Positions 1 to 8,470 of a stretch of 64,000 nt of DNA are shown here, piece by piece. The number at the start of each line of letters is the position of its first letter. Position 1 is the first letter of the stretch. The notes below the pieces were generated by a model, which was given only the letters and a program-made list of their open reading frames with translations, was not told the origin of the DNA and did not search any database. Source of the DNA: Candidatus Zipacnadia bacterium (GTDB taxonomy: Bacteria; Armatimonadota; Zipacnadia; Zipacnadales; UBA5352); assembly GCA_029821635.1 (NCBI GenBank), contig JALGSW010000003.1:7650-71649 (forward strand), written 5' to 3'. Position numbers and translations under genes: made by a program.

Positions 1-409
1 ACTTCATCGCCAGCGGATCGTAGCGCAGGACGAAGCCGAGCTGCAGGATCTTCCCGGCGTCGCGGGCGGCCTGGCAGATCGCCGCGGCGTCCTCGGGGTT
101 CGTGGCCAGCGGCTTCTCCACGAGGCAGTGCTTGCCCGCCTCGAAGCACGCGACCGCCGGTTTGCGGTGCGCGTAGTCGGGCGTGCAGACCAGCACCGCG
201 TCCACGTCGTCCATCTCGCCGAGCTTCTCCTGCCCGATCACCTGCGGGCAATCGAGGTCGTTCGCTTCGCAGAAGTTCGCGACGGTGTTGGGCGTGCGCC
301 CGACCATCGCGGTCCACTTCGCCCGCCCCGGCTGCATCCGGTTCAGCACATCAACGTAGATCTGCCCACGGCCACCTGTGCCGAGGAGTGCAAGTCGTGT
401 AGGCGCCAT
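1..409 (-). CDS. Gfo/Idh/MocA family oxidoreductase (3' end runs off window)
   Basis: Manual translation MAPTRLALLGTGGRGQIY...DAVLVCTPDYAH...GKHCLVEKP shows the Rossmann GxGxxG and EKP motifs. AGGAGG RBS upstream. Not in the supplied ORF track because it is truncated. Confidence 0.9.
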   Translation of the reverse strand, partial: MAPTRLALLGTGGRGQIYVDVLNRMQPGRAKWTAMVGRTPNTVANFCEANDLDCPQVIGQEKLGEMDDVDAVLVCTPDYAHRKPAVACFEAGKHCLVEKPLATNPEDAAAICQAARDAGKILQLGFVLRYDPLAMK

Positions 410-435
410 CGTGTCCTCCTGAGCATCTTCTCAGA

Positions 436-1239
436 TCACTGTCCGAACTTGTTCTCCACGATCTTCTGCAGCATCCCGCGCGGGGTCAGGCGCCGCCCGA
501 GCTCCGCCTGCACGGTCTCCCCACCCGCGGCGTTGTGCACGGCGGGAGACGCGGCGGTCGCGACGTTCACGACCACCCGCGCGACGTCGTCCGGGCTCAT
601 GCCGGTCGCGAACAGCTTCTCCACCGATGCGAGAAACGCGTTCCGTCCATCGTCGTAATCCGCGATTGGCTCGTCAGGTAGACGCCCGGCGTCCTCGAAG
701 TTCGTCTTCGTGAAGCCGGGATCGACGGTGCAGACGAGCACGCCGAAGGGCTTCAGCTCGATGCGCATCGACTCGCTCATGCCCATGATCGCGAACTTCG
801 TGGCGGAGTAGAGTGCCTCGAAGGGCACCCCGACGATCCCCGCGCCGGACGCGATGTTGATGATGCGCCCCGAGCGCCGCCGGCGCATTCCCGGAAGGAC
901 CGCCTGGCACATGCGCAGGCCGCCGAAGACGTTGACCTCGAAGATCGCGTGTGCCTGGGCCATCGAGGTCTCCTCGCCAGCAGCGAAGATGCCGAAGCCC
1001 GCGTTATTGACGAGCACGTCGATCCGCCCGGTCTGCTCCAGCACCTCGCCCACGCAGGCCTGGACGGAGGCGTCGTCGGTCACGTCGAGCTGCAGCATCG
1101 TGACGCCCGCAGGCCCCTCTGCGCCGGCGCTGCGGCTGGTGCCGAAGACGCGGAGGCCCATCTTCTCGAGCCTGCGCGCGCTGGCCTCGCCGATCCCTGA
1201 TGATGCGCCCGTCACGAGCGCGGCCCTCTGCTCGGGCAT
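436..1239 (-). CDS. Short-chain dehydrogenase/reductase (SDR)
   Basis: TGASSGIG, NNAG and YSATK (YxxxK) motifs. Start MPEQ lies directly after the upstream stop codon. Confidence 0.93.
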   Translation of the reverse strand: MPEQRAALVTGASSGIGEASARRLEKMGLRVFGTSRSAGAEGPAGVTMLQLDVTDDASVQACVGEVLEQTGRIDVLVNNAGFGIFAAGEETSMAQAHAIFEVNVFGGLRMCQAVLPGMRRRRSGRIINIASGAGIVGVPFEALYSATKFAIMGMSESMRIELKPFGVLVCTVDPGFTKTNFEDAGRLPDEPIADYDDGRNAFLASVEKLFATGMSPDDVARVVVNVATAASPAVHNAAGGETVQAELGRRLTPRGMLQKIVENKFGQ

Positions 1240-1240
1240 C

Positions 1241-2365
1241 TCAGTCCTCCGCCATGAGCGCCTCATGGGCCTCGGCGAGCTTCTCGATGATCGGGATCTG
1301 CTGCGGGCAGTGCTCCTCGCACTGTCCGCACTCCACGCAGTGCGAGGCGTATTCGTCCGGGTTCGTCATCATCTGGTAGCCCATCTGCGCCCGCTTGCGG
1401 TCGAACATCGAGCTGTCGTTGTAGAGGTAGAACACGCGCGGGATGTTCACTCCGTGCGGGCAGGGCATGCAGTAGCGGCAGGCGGTGCAGTCCACCACCA
1501 TCTTCTCATGGTAACGCGCGCGGATCGCGTCGATCATCTCCTGCTCCGGCGCGGTCAGAGATCCCGGAGCCGTCGCCTCGGCCGCGGCCAGGTTCTCCTC
1601 CAGGTGGTCCATGCGGTTCATGCCGCTGAGCGTCACCGCCGCCTCCGGGTGGTCGAAGACCCAGCGCAGGGCGAGCTGCCCGGGCGACCAGTAGATCCCG
1701 AGGCTCCGGCGCATGGCTTCGAGGTCATCGGGCAGGGGCTCGCCGAGCGTGCCTCCACGCAGCGGCTCCATGACGATCACGCCGAGGCCGCGTTCGGCGG
1801 CGTAGAGCATCCCCTCGGTCCCGGCCTGCACGCGCTCGTCCATATAGTTGTACTGGAGTTGGCAGAAGTCCCAGTCCCAGGCGTCCACGATCTCCTTGAA
1901 GCAGTCCACGTGATCGTGGAATGAGAAGCCCGCGTGGCGGATGCGGCCGTCGTCCAGCGCGCGCTCCAGCAGCCCCAGCGCGCCGAGGCCATTGAGCTTC
2001 TCCCACATGGGCCCGATGAGACTGTGGAGCATGTAGAAGTCGATGTGATCGGTCTGCAGGCGCGTGAGCTGCTCGTCGAGGAGACGCTCGCAGTCATCGA
2101 GCGTCTCCACCGCCCACGGCGGCAGCTTCGTCGCGACGAACACGCTCTCGCGTAGGCCGCCCTGGAGGGCCTTGCCGACGAGCGGCTCGCTCTTCCCGCC
2201 GTGGTAGGGCCAGGCGGTGTCGATGTAGTTCACACCGCGGTGGATGGCGTGGTGGATCAGCGCGATCGCTGCGTCTTCGTCGATCTCACCGTCAGTGACG
2301 GGCAGGCGCATGCAGCCGAAGCCCAGCGCAGACACCTGCTCGCCGCATAGCTCTCGGAATTGCAC
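1241..2365 (-). CDS. Aldo/keto reductase with C-terminal 4Fe-4S dicluster
   Basis: LGFGCMRLP and YIDTAWPY motifs. C-terminal CTACRYCMPCP and CVECGQCEEHCP. GTG start with AAGGGAG RBS. Confidence 0.92.
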   Translation of the reverse strand: MQFRELCGEQVSALGFGCMRLPVTDGEIDEDAAIALIHHAIHRGVNYIDTAWPYHGGKSEPLVGKALQGGLRESVFVATKLPPWAVETLDDCERLLDEQLTRLQTDHIDFYMLHSLIGPMWEKLNGLGALGLLERALDDGRIRHAGFSFHDHVDCFKEIVDAWDWDFCQLQYNYMDERVQAGTEGMLYAAERGLGVIVMEPLRGGTLGEPLPDDLEAMRRSLGIYWSPGQLALRWVFDHPEAAVTLSGMNRMDHLEENLAAAEATAPGSLTAPEQEMIDAIRARYHEKMVVDCTACRYCMPCPHGVNIPRVFYLYNDSSMFDRKRAQMGYQMMTNPDEYASHCVECGQCEEHCPQQIPIIEKLAEAHEALMAED

Positions 2366-2562
2366 GGAGATTGCTCCCTTCGCGTCAGGTGGGGGTGACG
2401 TCAGTACAGATGGTTTCGACGCCATCCCGCCCGGCGCCTCCGCCCGCCGCACATTGACGGCCGCCGAGCGCCCGGCGTTCGTTTGCCATCCGTCCCGTCT
2501 GCCGCGAGCAGGTGATGCGGCCTCCCGGAGGGAATACCATGCACCGACACCGGGAGGGCGCG

Positions 2563-2988
2563 ATGCTATCGGGCGCGAGAGGCTACGAGTCGGTCGAGCA
2601 CACCGCCGACCTGGCAATTCGCGCGTGGGCGCCGGACGTGCGCGGGCTGATCGAGCAGGCGGCGCACGGGATGCTGTCGCTCATGCTCGACGATCCGCCC
2701 GCCCCGGCGGAGCACCGGGAGGTCGCCGGCGAGGGGCCGGACGCGGAGGAGCTGCTGGTGGATTGCCTGCGCGAGTTGCTGGCGCTGGTGAACATCGAGC
2801 GCCTGGTGCCGGTCTCGGTAGATGTGATGGATGTGCGCGGTGGCCGCGCCCGCTGCCGGGCGGGCGTGGTGAGCTTCGCGGACGGGCGCGAGGCGCTCAT
2901 GCAGGAGATCAAGGCCGTTACCTACCACGGTCTCGAGGTGGCCCGGACGGAGGAGGGTCTCGAGGTGACCGTGGTGTTCGACGTGTAA
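2563..2988 (+). CDS. Archease family protein
   Basis: EHTADL N-terminal motif and EIKAVTYHGL...VVFDV C-terminus. GGGAGG RBS. Confidence 0.92.
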   Translation: MLSGARGYESVEHTADLAIRAWAPDVRGLIEQAAHGMLSLMLDDPPAPAEHREVAGEGPDAEELLVDCLRELLALVNIERLVPVSVDVMDVRGGRARCRAGVVSFADGREALMQEIKAVTYHGLEVARTEEGLEVTVVFDV

Positions 2989-3060
2989 TACCCGTACGAA
3001 GCAGAGGCGTGCTGTAACATCCGTGTCGCGAAGGGCAAAGAGAGAGCTGGAGGTCGTCGG

Positions 3061-3663
3061 ATGGCCGGGTTCGACGCTCTGCGGAGCGCAACTGGGCAGG
3101 ATGGCGCGAAGCTGGCGGATCGCCACCTCGCCGCGTTGGCCTGCGGAGGCAACGCAGGGGCCTTCGACGTGCTTGTCGAGCGCCACCTGAGCTCGATCCA
3201 GCGGCTGTGCTGGTCGATGTTGGGCAACAGGTCAGACGCGGAGGACGCCGCCCAGGAGACATTCGTGCGCGCCTACCGATGCCTCAACAGATACGACACC
3301 GAGCGGACCTTCGGGCCCTGGCTGCGGGGCATCGCCGCGAAGGTCTGCCTGCAGATGTTGCGCAAGCGCGGGCGCAGTTCCGGCCGCGAGGTATCGCTGG
3401 AGGACAGCTACCGCGAGCCCGCGTTCCCCGAGGAGGAGGAGCCGTCGCCGCTGGCGATGGAGGCGGTGCGCGCGCTGGCGAAGCTCAAGGACACCTACCG
3501 GCTGCCCCTCGCGTTGTTTTACCTCGAGGAGGCGTCGGTGGCGGAGGTCGCGGACGCCCTGGGGATCAGCCAGGGCGCGGCGCGAGTGCGACTGCACCGC
3601 GGTCGCGAGCAACTTCGTGAGATACTGATGGCGGAACGTGAAACCAACGATGCCCGAACTTGA
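3061..3663 (+). CDS. ECF RNA polymerase sigma-70 factor
   Basis: Region 2 DAEDAAQETFVRAY...FGPWLRGIA. Region 4 SVAEVADALGISQGAARVRLHRGR. Confidence 0.93.
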   Translation: MAGFDALRSATGQDGAKLADRHLAALACGGNAGAFDVLVERHLSSIQRLCWSMLGNRSDAEDAAQETFVRAYRCLNRYDTERTFGPWLRGIAAKVCLQMLRKRGRSSGREVSLEDSYREPAFPEEEEPSPLAMEAVRALAKLKDTYRLPLALFYLEEASVAEVADALGISQGAARVRLHRGREQLREILMAERETNDART

Positions 3664-4462
3664 CTGCGAACAAGCAAGGCGTCTGATCCATCTCCGGCTC
3701 GACCGCGAGCTCGGGGAGGACGAGGCGCGTCTGCTGGAAGAGCACATCGAGCAGTGCGAGGACTGCGCGCGGCTGCGGGAGGAGCTTGACAGTGTGGACG
3801 CGGCCCTCCGAGCGGGCCTCCGCGCGGTCCGGCTGCCAGAACCGTCGGTGGACGCCGTGCGTCAGAGGGTGCGCCGCGCGAGGACCGGGCGAGTCGTTTG
3901 GGCCACCTGGATGCCGGCCGCGGCCGCGTTCCTGCTCGTCGGCCTGGCACTGCTGCTGGGCCTGCCCGGGATGAACGGGCACGAATCAGCACATCTCGCG
4001 GCTCCGGCGGTCGTGGTGGCCGGCGGCGACGCGCTGCACGTTTTCGAGCCCGATCAGAAGACCGCGCAGTCCGGGCGCATCGGCACCGAGCTGCAGGAGC
4101 GCGCGGTGGCGTGGGGCCTCGGCGGCGACCCGGTCGCACTGGACTTCGCGGGCGGGGCGCACGTCGAGCTCAACGATGAGGCGGTCGTGCGGATCGGCCG
4201 CGACGCGATCGACCTGTTCAAGGGCGACTTGCGAGCCGACCTGACGGACACGCGCGATGCATTCACCGTGGTCACGCCGTGGGGCGAGTTCTCCGGCGCG
4301 GGAGTGGTGTTCACGGTCTACTCCAACAATGACGGCAGCTCGTCGCGGCTGACCGTGCTCTCCGGCGAGGTCAAGCTGGACCGCCAGGGCACGGTGCGGA
4401 CGCTCTCGGCGGGCGAGACGGTGAAGTTGCAGCCCGATCCGCAGCATGCGATCACGCTGTAG
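3650..4462 (+). CDS. Anti-sigma factor: zf-HC2 zinc finger, one TM helix, FecR-like domain
   Basis: HIEQCEDC (HxxxCxxC), a hydrophobic segment, then VVTPWGEFSGAGVVF and LTVLSGEV (FecR-like). Overlaps the sigma gene. Confidence 0.85.
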   Translation: MPELDCEQARRLIHLRLDRELGEDEARLLEEHIEQCEDCARLREELDSVDAALRAGLRAVRLPEPSVDAVRQRVRRARTGRVVWATWMPAAAAFLLVGLALLLGLPGMNGHESAHLAAPAVVVAGGDALHVFEPDQKTAQSGRIGTELQERAVAWGLGGDPVALDFAGGAHVELNDEAVVRIGRDAIDLFKGDLRADLTDTRDAFTVVTPWGEFSGAGVVFTVYSNNDGSSSRLTVLSGEVKLDRQGTVRTLSAGETVKLQPDPQHAITL

Positions 4463-4529
4463 CAGCAAAGCGTAGATAGTGGGGACTCCAGTAAATGGCG
4501 CGTACGCGCGCCGCAAGAGAGTGATGGAG

Positions 4530-5138
4530 ATGAAAGGTCTCATGATGGCGTCTAGAGTAGTGATGGTCGCGGGTCTCGTGGCGCTGACGGCGGCGATGAG
4601 CGTGGCCGGCGGCGTTACGCTGACGGTGACGGTCGTGGACTTGGAGACCGGGGCGGCACTGTCCGGCGCAGTTGTGGCGGTCGTATCCGGTGAGGCCGTG
4701 CTGGCGGCGGGGCGTACCAACGCGCAGGGCGTTTGGAGCGGGAGCGTCACCGGCTCGAAGGTGACGGTCATCGCGACCAAGGACCTGCACGTGACGCGGG
4801 CGCAGGAGGTCACGATGGGCGATGGAGCCGCGGTAAAGTTCCAGCTCGCCCAGCATACGCCCGAAGACTTCAAGCGCCTCGGGCGCATCGTGGGCTTCGT
4901 GCGCAGTGGCGGCGGAGCGCCGCTGGGCAACGCGACGCTGATCCTCCTCAAGGGCACGGCTCCGATCGGCGTGGCTCGGCCGGAGAACGCCACCGGCGTC
5001 TACGAGCTTGAGTGGTACGCGCCGGGCGCCTATACGGTACTCGGGACCGCGCCCAACCACACGAGCAGGAAGTTCGCCAACCAGACCATCGCGGCCGGAG
5101 AGAGCGTCTGGCTCGACGTGACGCTGCAGCCGAAGTAA
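4530..5138 (+). CDS. Secreted protein with carboxypeptidase-regulatory-like (transthyretin-like) beta-sandwich domains
   Basis: Signal peptide. VDLETGAALSGAVV, RTNAQG, and GRIVGFVRSGGGAPLGNATL...GVYEL...PGAYTV patterns. Start uncertain (4524, 4530 or 4542). Confidence 0.65.
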   Translation: MKGLMMASRVVMVAGLVALTAAMSVAGGVTLTVTVVDLETGAALSGAVVAVVSGEAVLAAGRTNAQGVWSGSVTGSKVTVIATKDLHVTRAQEVTMGDGAAVKFQLAQHTPEDFKRLGRIVGFVRSGGGAPLGNATLILLKGTAPIGVARPENATGVYELEWYAPGAYTVLGTAPNHTSRKFANQTIAAGESVWLDVTLQPK

Positions 5139-5215
5139 GAGCGGGCGCCGTCGCGGCGCGATAACGCGGCTCCCAACCAGAACCGTGGGCGCGTCGCGCA
5201 CGTCTGTACATATCC

Positions 5216-6388
5216 ATGAAGACACCACGCACGATCATCCGGTCGGTCCTGCTCATCGCCCTCATCACGGGTGCGAGTGCTTCCGCGTACGCAAAGCCCG
5301 GCGGTCCCCCCTTCTCCGCGGAGTACGAGCGCAAGATCGGCAAGGAGGCCTCGAAGCAGGTCGAGGATGAGTACGATCGCTACGAGGACGAGGAGGCGCA
5401 GGCGCGGCTGGACGCGATGGTCGCGGAGATCGCGGCGGCGAGCGATCGGCCCGAGATAACCTACGATCTTCGGCTCCTCGACACCGACATGGTGAACGCC
5501 TTCAGCCTCCCCGGTGGCATCGTCTACATCACGAAGGGCCTGCTGGAGGAGGCCGGCTCCGATCACGAGGTCGCCGGCGTCCTCGCGCATGAGATCGCGC
5601 ACAACTGCACCTACGACGCCCTCCGGCAGGCGAAGCGCAACGAGGAGATGTTCACCACGAACATCGCCGCGCTCATCGCGAGCATCCTCCTCGGCGCGCC
5701 GACCGACATGGTCTCCACGATCATGGTGGCGGGCGAGTACGTCCGGCGCGGCATCCTCGGCGGCTACTCCATCAATATGGAGACCGCCGCCGACGCGCAC
5801 GCCGTCGAGTACCTGCTCAAGACCTCCTACAACCCGGTCGGCCTCGTGACCTTCATGGAGCGGCTCGCGGCCGACTACCGTAGTAAGCCCCAGTTCGAGC
5901 TCGGCTTCCTGCAGACTCACCCGGAGGCGCCCGATCGAGTCATTGCGCTGAAGGTCCTCCTCCAGGAGGCGGGCATCGACCTGAACCGCCGCGCCGCGAC
6001 CGAGTGGACCAGCCCCGTCGCCGTGGAAGTCGAGAGCGAGACCGTGGGCGAGAGCTTCGTCCGCGTCTCCCTGCGCGACGTGGCGATCATGCGCGTGCTC
6101 ACGCCCGGACCGACCTGCGAGACGCCGTTGGCGCGGGCGGAGGAGATCGTCGCGCGGCTCACCGAGGCGATGGAGGCGGGACTGCAGGCCTACCAGGTCC
6201 GCATCGGCCAGGACGACGGCAACCCGGCGCTGGGCGCCAACGGGACGATCGTGCTGATCGTCTACCCCGAGGACGCCGAGGCCCTTGGCTCCGATCAGCT
6301 CGCGGTGGCTCAGCAGGCACGCGTGGCGCTGCTGAAAGCGCTGCACAAGGAGCACCTTGAGCGGCTCATGAACCCAAGCGACGACTGA
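5216..6388 (+). CDS. M48 family Zn metallopeptidase, exported
   Basis: NAFSLPGG, HEIAH (HExxH), ETAAD, FLQTHP. Signal peptide. Confidence 0.9.
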   Translation: MKTPRTIIRSVLLIALITGASASAYAKPGGPPFSAEYERKIGKEASKQVEDEYDRYEDEEAQARLDAMVAEIAAASDRPEITYDLRLLDTDMVNAFSLPGGIVYITKGLLEEAGSDHEVAGVLAHEIAHNCTYDALRQAKRNEEMFTTNIAALIASILLGAPTDMVSTIMVAGEYVRRGILGGYSINMETAADAHAVEYLLKTSYNPVGLVTFMERLAADYRSKPQFELGFLQTHPEAPDRVIALKVLLQEAGIDLNRRAATEWTSPVAVEVESETVGESFVRVSLRDVAIMRVLTPGPTCETPLARAEEIVARLTEAMEAGLQAYQVRIGQDDGNPALGANGTIVLIVYPEDAEALGSDQLAVAQQARVALLKALHKEHLERLMNPSDD

Positions 6389-6433
6389 CCGGGGGCGCTC
6401 CGGGCCGCCCGATCTCACCCGCGAGGTGAAGCC

Positions 6434-7576
6434 ATGGCGGTGCAGCTCACCCACAAGCAGCGCGTCCTCCGATGCACTGGCTGGCAGCCTTACGACCGCG
6501 TCCCGATCCACTCGCCCATCCCCTTCGACCCCGACGCCTGGTCCGAGGGACGGCTCGCCCCCTGGCAGGACCACCCGAACTACCGCCGCGTCGCCGAGGT
6601 CGTCGCCGACCACTGTACGCACCCGGGGCGCTACCGCTCCGTCGGCGCGCTGTTCAGCCGCGCGTACATGCTGATCCCCGAGGAACACGTCGAGCGATCC
6701 CGCGAGCAGCGCGACGGATCGGTCCTTACCACCACCGTCGTGCACACGCCGAAGGGCGATCTCACGAGCCTCCAGCGCAGCGACCGCGACGTGCACACCG
6801 CGTGGATGCTCGAGCCCCTCGTGAAGACTGAGGCCGACGCCGAGGCGATCCTCTCGGTGCCCTTCGAGCCGGACCTCCCCGACCCGGAGCCTTTCGAGCG
6901 GGAGCGGCGGGCGTGGGGAGAGCGCGGGCTGATTGAGCTGAGCGTGTCCACGCCGCTGGTCTGCGTCTCGAACATGATGCACTTCGACACCTTCTTGGAG
7001 TGGACAGCGTCGAATCGCCCGCTGATCGAGCGCATGATCGGCACGGTCTACGAGCGCATCCACGTGCGGCTGGAGCATCTCCTGCGCGCGGGTGTGATCG
7101 AATGCATCTGGCTGGGAGGCTCGGAGCAGGCGACGCCGCCAATGATGTCGCGGGCGTTCTACGAGCAGCTCGTGGTGCGCTACGACGGCCCGCTTATCGA
7201 GCTGGCGAAGAGCCACGGGGCGCTGGTCCACGTTCACTGTCACGGGAAGATCGGCGGGGTCATCGATCTGATGATGGAGATGGGCGCGGACATGACCGAC
7301 CCGGTCGAGCCGCCGCCGGACGGGGACATCGACTTCGCGGAGGCGAAGCGGCGCTGCAGGCGGCGGATGGTGCTGATGGGGAACATCGAGTTGCGGCACC
7401 TGGAGTATTGCACCAGCAGCGAGATCGACGAGATGGTGCGGCGCGCGATCGTCGAGGGCGGTCGCGAGGGCATGATGCTCTACCCGAGCGCGGTGCCGCT
7501 GACGTGGATGAGCGATAACGTGAGCGACAACTGCCTGCAGTACATGGAGAGCGCGCTGAAGTACGGGGGGATGTGA
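6434..7576 (+). CDS. Uroporphyrinogen decarboxylase / MtaA-CmuA-like TIM-barrel protein
   Basis: HKQRVL...DRVP N-terminus, HVHCHG, DPVEPPPDGD and LMGNI motifs. Confidence 0.8.
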   Translation: MAVQLTHKQRVLRCTGWQPYDRVPIHSPIPFDPDAWSEGRLAPWQDHPNYRRVAEVVADHCTHPGRYRSVGALFSRAYMLIPEEHVERSREQRDGSVLTTTVVHTPKGDLTSLQRSDRDVHTAWMLEPLVKTEADAEAILSVPFEPDLPDPEPFERERRAWGERGLIELSVSTPLVCVSNMMHFDTFLEWTASNRPLIERMIGTVYERIHVRLEHLLRAGVIECIWLGGSEQATPPMMSRAFYEQLVVRYDGPLIELAKSHGALVHVHCHGKIGGVIDLMMEMGADMTDPVEPPPDGDIDFAEAKRRCRRRMVLMGNIELRHLEYCTSSEIDEMVRRAIVEGGREGMMLYPSAVPLTWMSDNVSDNCLQYMESALKYGGM

Positions 7577-7609
7577 TGCGCACGCGCAGCGCGCCGTTGC
7601 CCGGCCGTA

Positions 7610-7674
7610 TGGAGCGGAGGCGCTTCAGCGGCTCCGAGCTGCCCCATGGGAGCGGCTGAAGCCCCTCCCCTCCA
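7610..7674. repeat. REP doublet (REPIN-like) inverted repeat
   Basis: TGGAGCGGAGGCGCTTCAGCGGCTCC (7610-7635) pairs with GGAGCGGCTGAAGCCCCTCCCCTCCA (7649-7674) at 23 of 26 positions. Each arm is itself an imperfect hairpin with a TTCA/TGAA loop. Confidence 0.65.
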
Positions 7675-7744
7675 GAACGGCAACCGCCCCGTCTCGTCCG
7701 CCGGAAGGTCTCGGGCTTCTCCACGGGAAGCTCCGCACATGCCC

Positions 7745-8425
7745 ATGACCTGCCGCAGCAACCACCCCCTCGCCCTTGCGGTGCTCTTCGGAGCGCCGTC
7801 CGCGCGTGTCGGGCGCCTGCGGGCGCGGACCGCGATGGCGCTGCTGCTGCTCGTCGGCCTCGTGCCGGGAGCGCTCTACCTGCGGGTCCGAGGCCACGTG
7901 GACGATCAGCCGACCGAGCGCGCCGACGCCCTGATTGTGCTCGGCGCGGGCGGGACGGCCACGCGCCCCTCGCCGGTCTACCGGAACCGCCTCGACCACG
8001 CCCGCCGCCTCTACGAGCAGGGCTTCGCGGACACGATCGTGGTGACCGAGCTGGCGCCTGCCTCGGAGGGCGCGCGGAGGTATCTGATCACCGGTGGTGT
8101 GCCCGAGGAGGCGGTGCTGCTGGAGGACCGGAGCACGACCACCTGGGAGAATCTGCGCTTCGCGGGGGAGGTCGCGCGGGAGCGGAGAGTGCGGAGCGTC
8201 ATCGTGGTGAGCTGCGGCTTCCACCTCTGCCGTGCCACCCGGATGGCTCGCGAGCTGGGCTTCGATGCGCAGGGGGCGGCGGCGCCGGGCAGCCCGATCG
8301 AGGCGGACCCGGAGAAGCGCCGGCTGCAGAGCCGGCTTGAGGTGCGGAAGATGTTCGCCCACGCGCTCTACGAGCCGCCCTGGCCCGCGAATACGTGGTG
8401 GGAGAGGCAGTTCGGGATGGAGTGA
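7745..8425 (+). CDS. YdcF/SanA (DUF218) family protein
   Basis: DALIVLGAG, RLDHARRLY, LEDRSTTTWEN, VSCGFHLCRA. Start uncertain (7745 or 7835). Confidence 0.88.
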   Translation: MTCRSNHPLALAVLFGAPSARVGRLRARTAMALLLLVGLVPGALYLRVRGHVDDQPTERADALIVLGAGGTATRPSPVYRNRLDHARRLYEQGFADTIVVTELAPASEGARRYLITGGVPEEAVLLEDRSTTTWENLRFAGEVARERRVRSVIVVSCGFHLCRATRMARELGFDAQGAAAPGSPIEADPEKRRLQSRLEVRKMFAHALYEPPWPANTWWERQFGME

Positions 8426-8433
8426 TCCGCCCC

Positions 8434-8456
8434 GTGCCACGGGCGCCTCGCCCGTG
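8434..8456 (+). repeat. REP-like palindrome (class B)
   Basis: GTGC-CACGGGC-GCCTC-GCCCGTG between convergent genes. Near-identical copy at 62433. Confidence 0.7.
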
Positions 8457-8470
8457 GGCCGCTGATGCCG

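Noticed and set aside
128-658. 176-aa plus-strand ORF
   Set aside because: Antisense to the Gfo/Idh/MocA and SDR genes, with no recognisable features.
5030-7399. 789-aa minus-strand ORF, and similar long antisense ORFs (e.g. 8663-9952 +, 10628-12202 +, 25948-27888 -, 42640-44637 -, 62159-63913 -)
   Set aside because: These are shadow ORFs opposite well-supported genes. High GC and strong codon bias suppress antisense stops. The translations are R/H/V/G-rich with no motifs.
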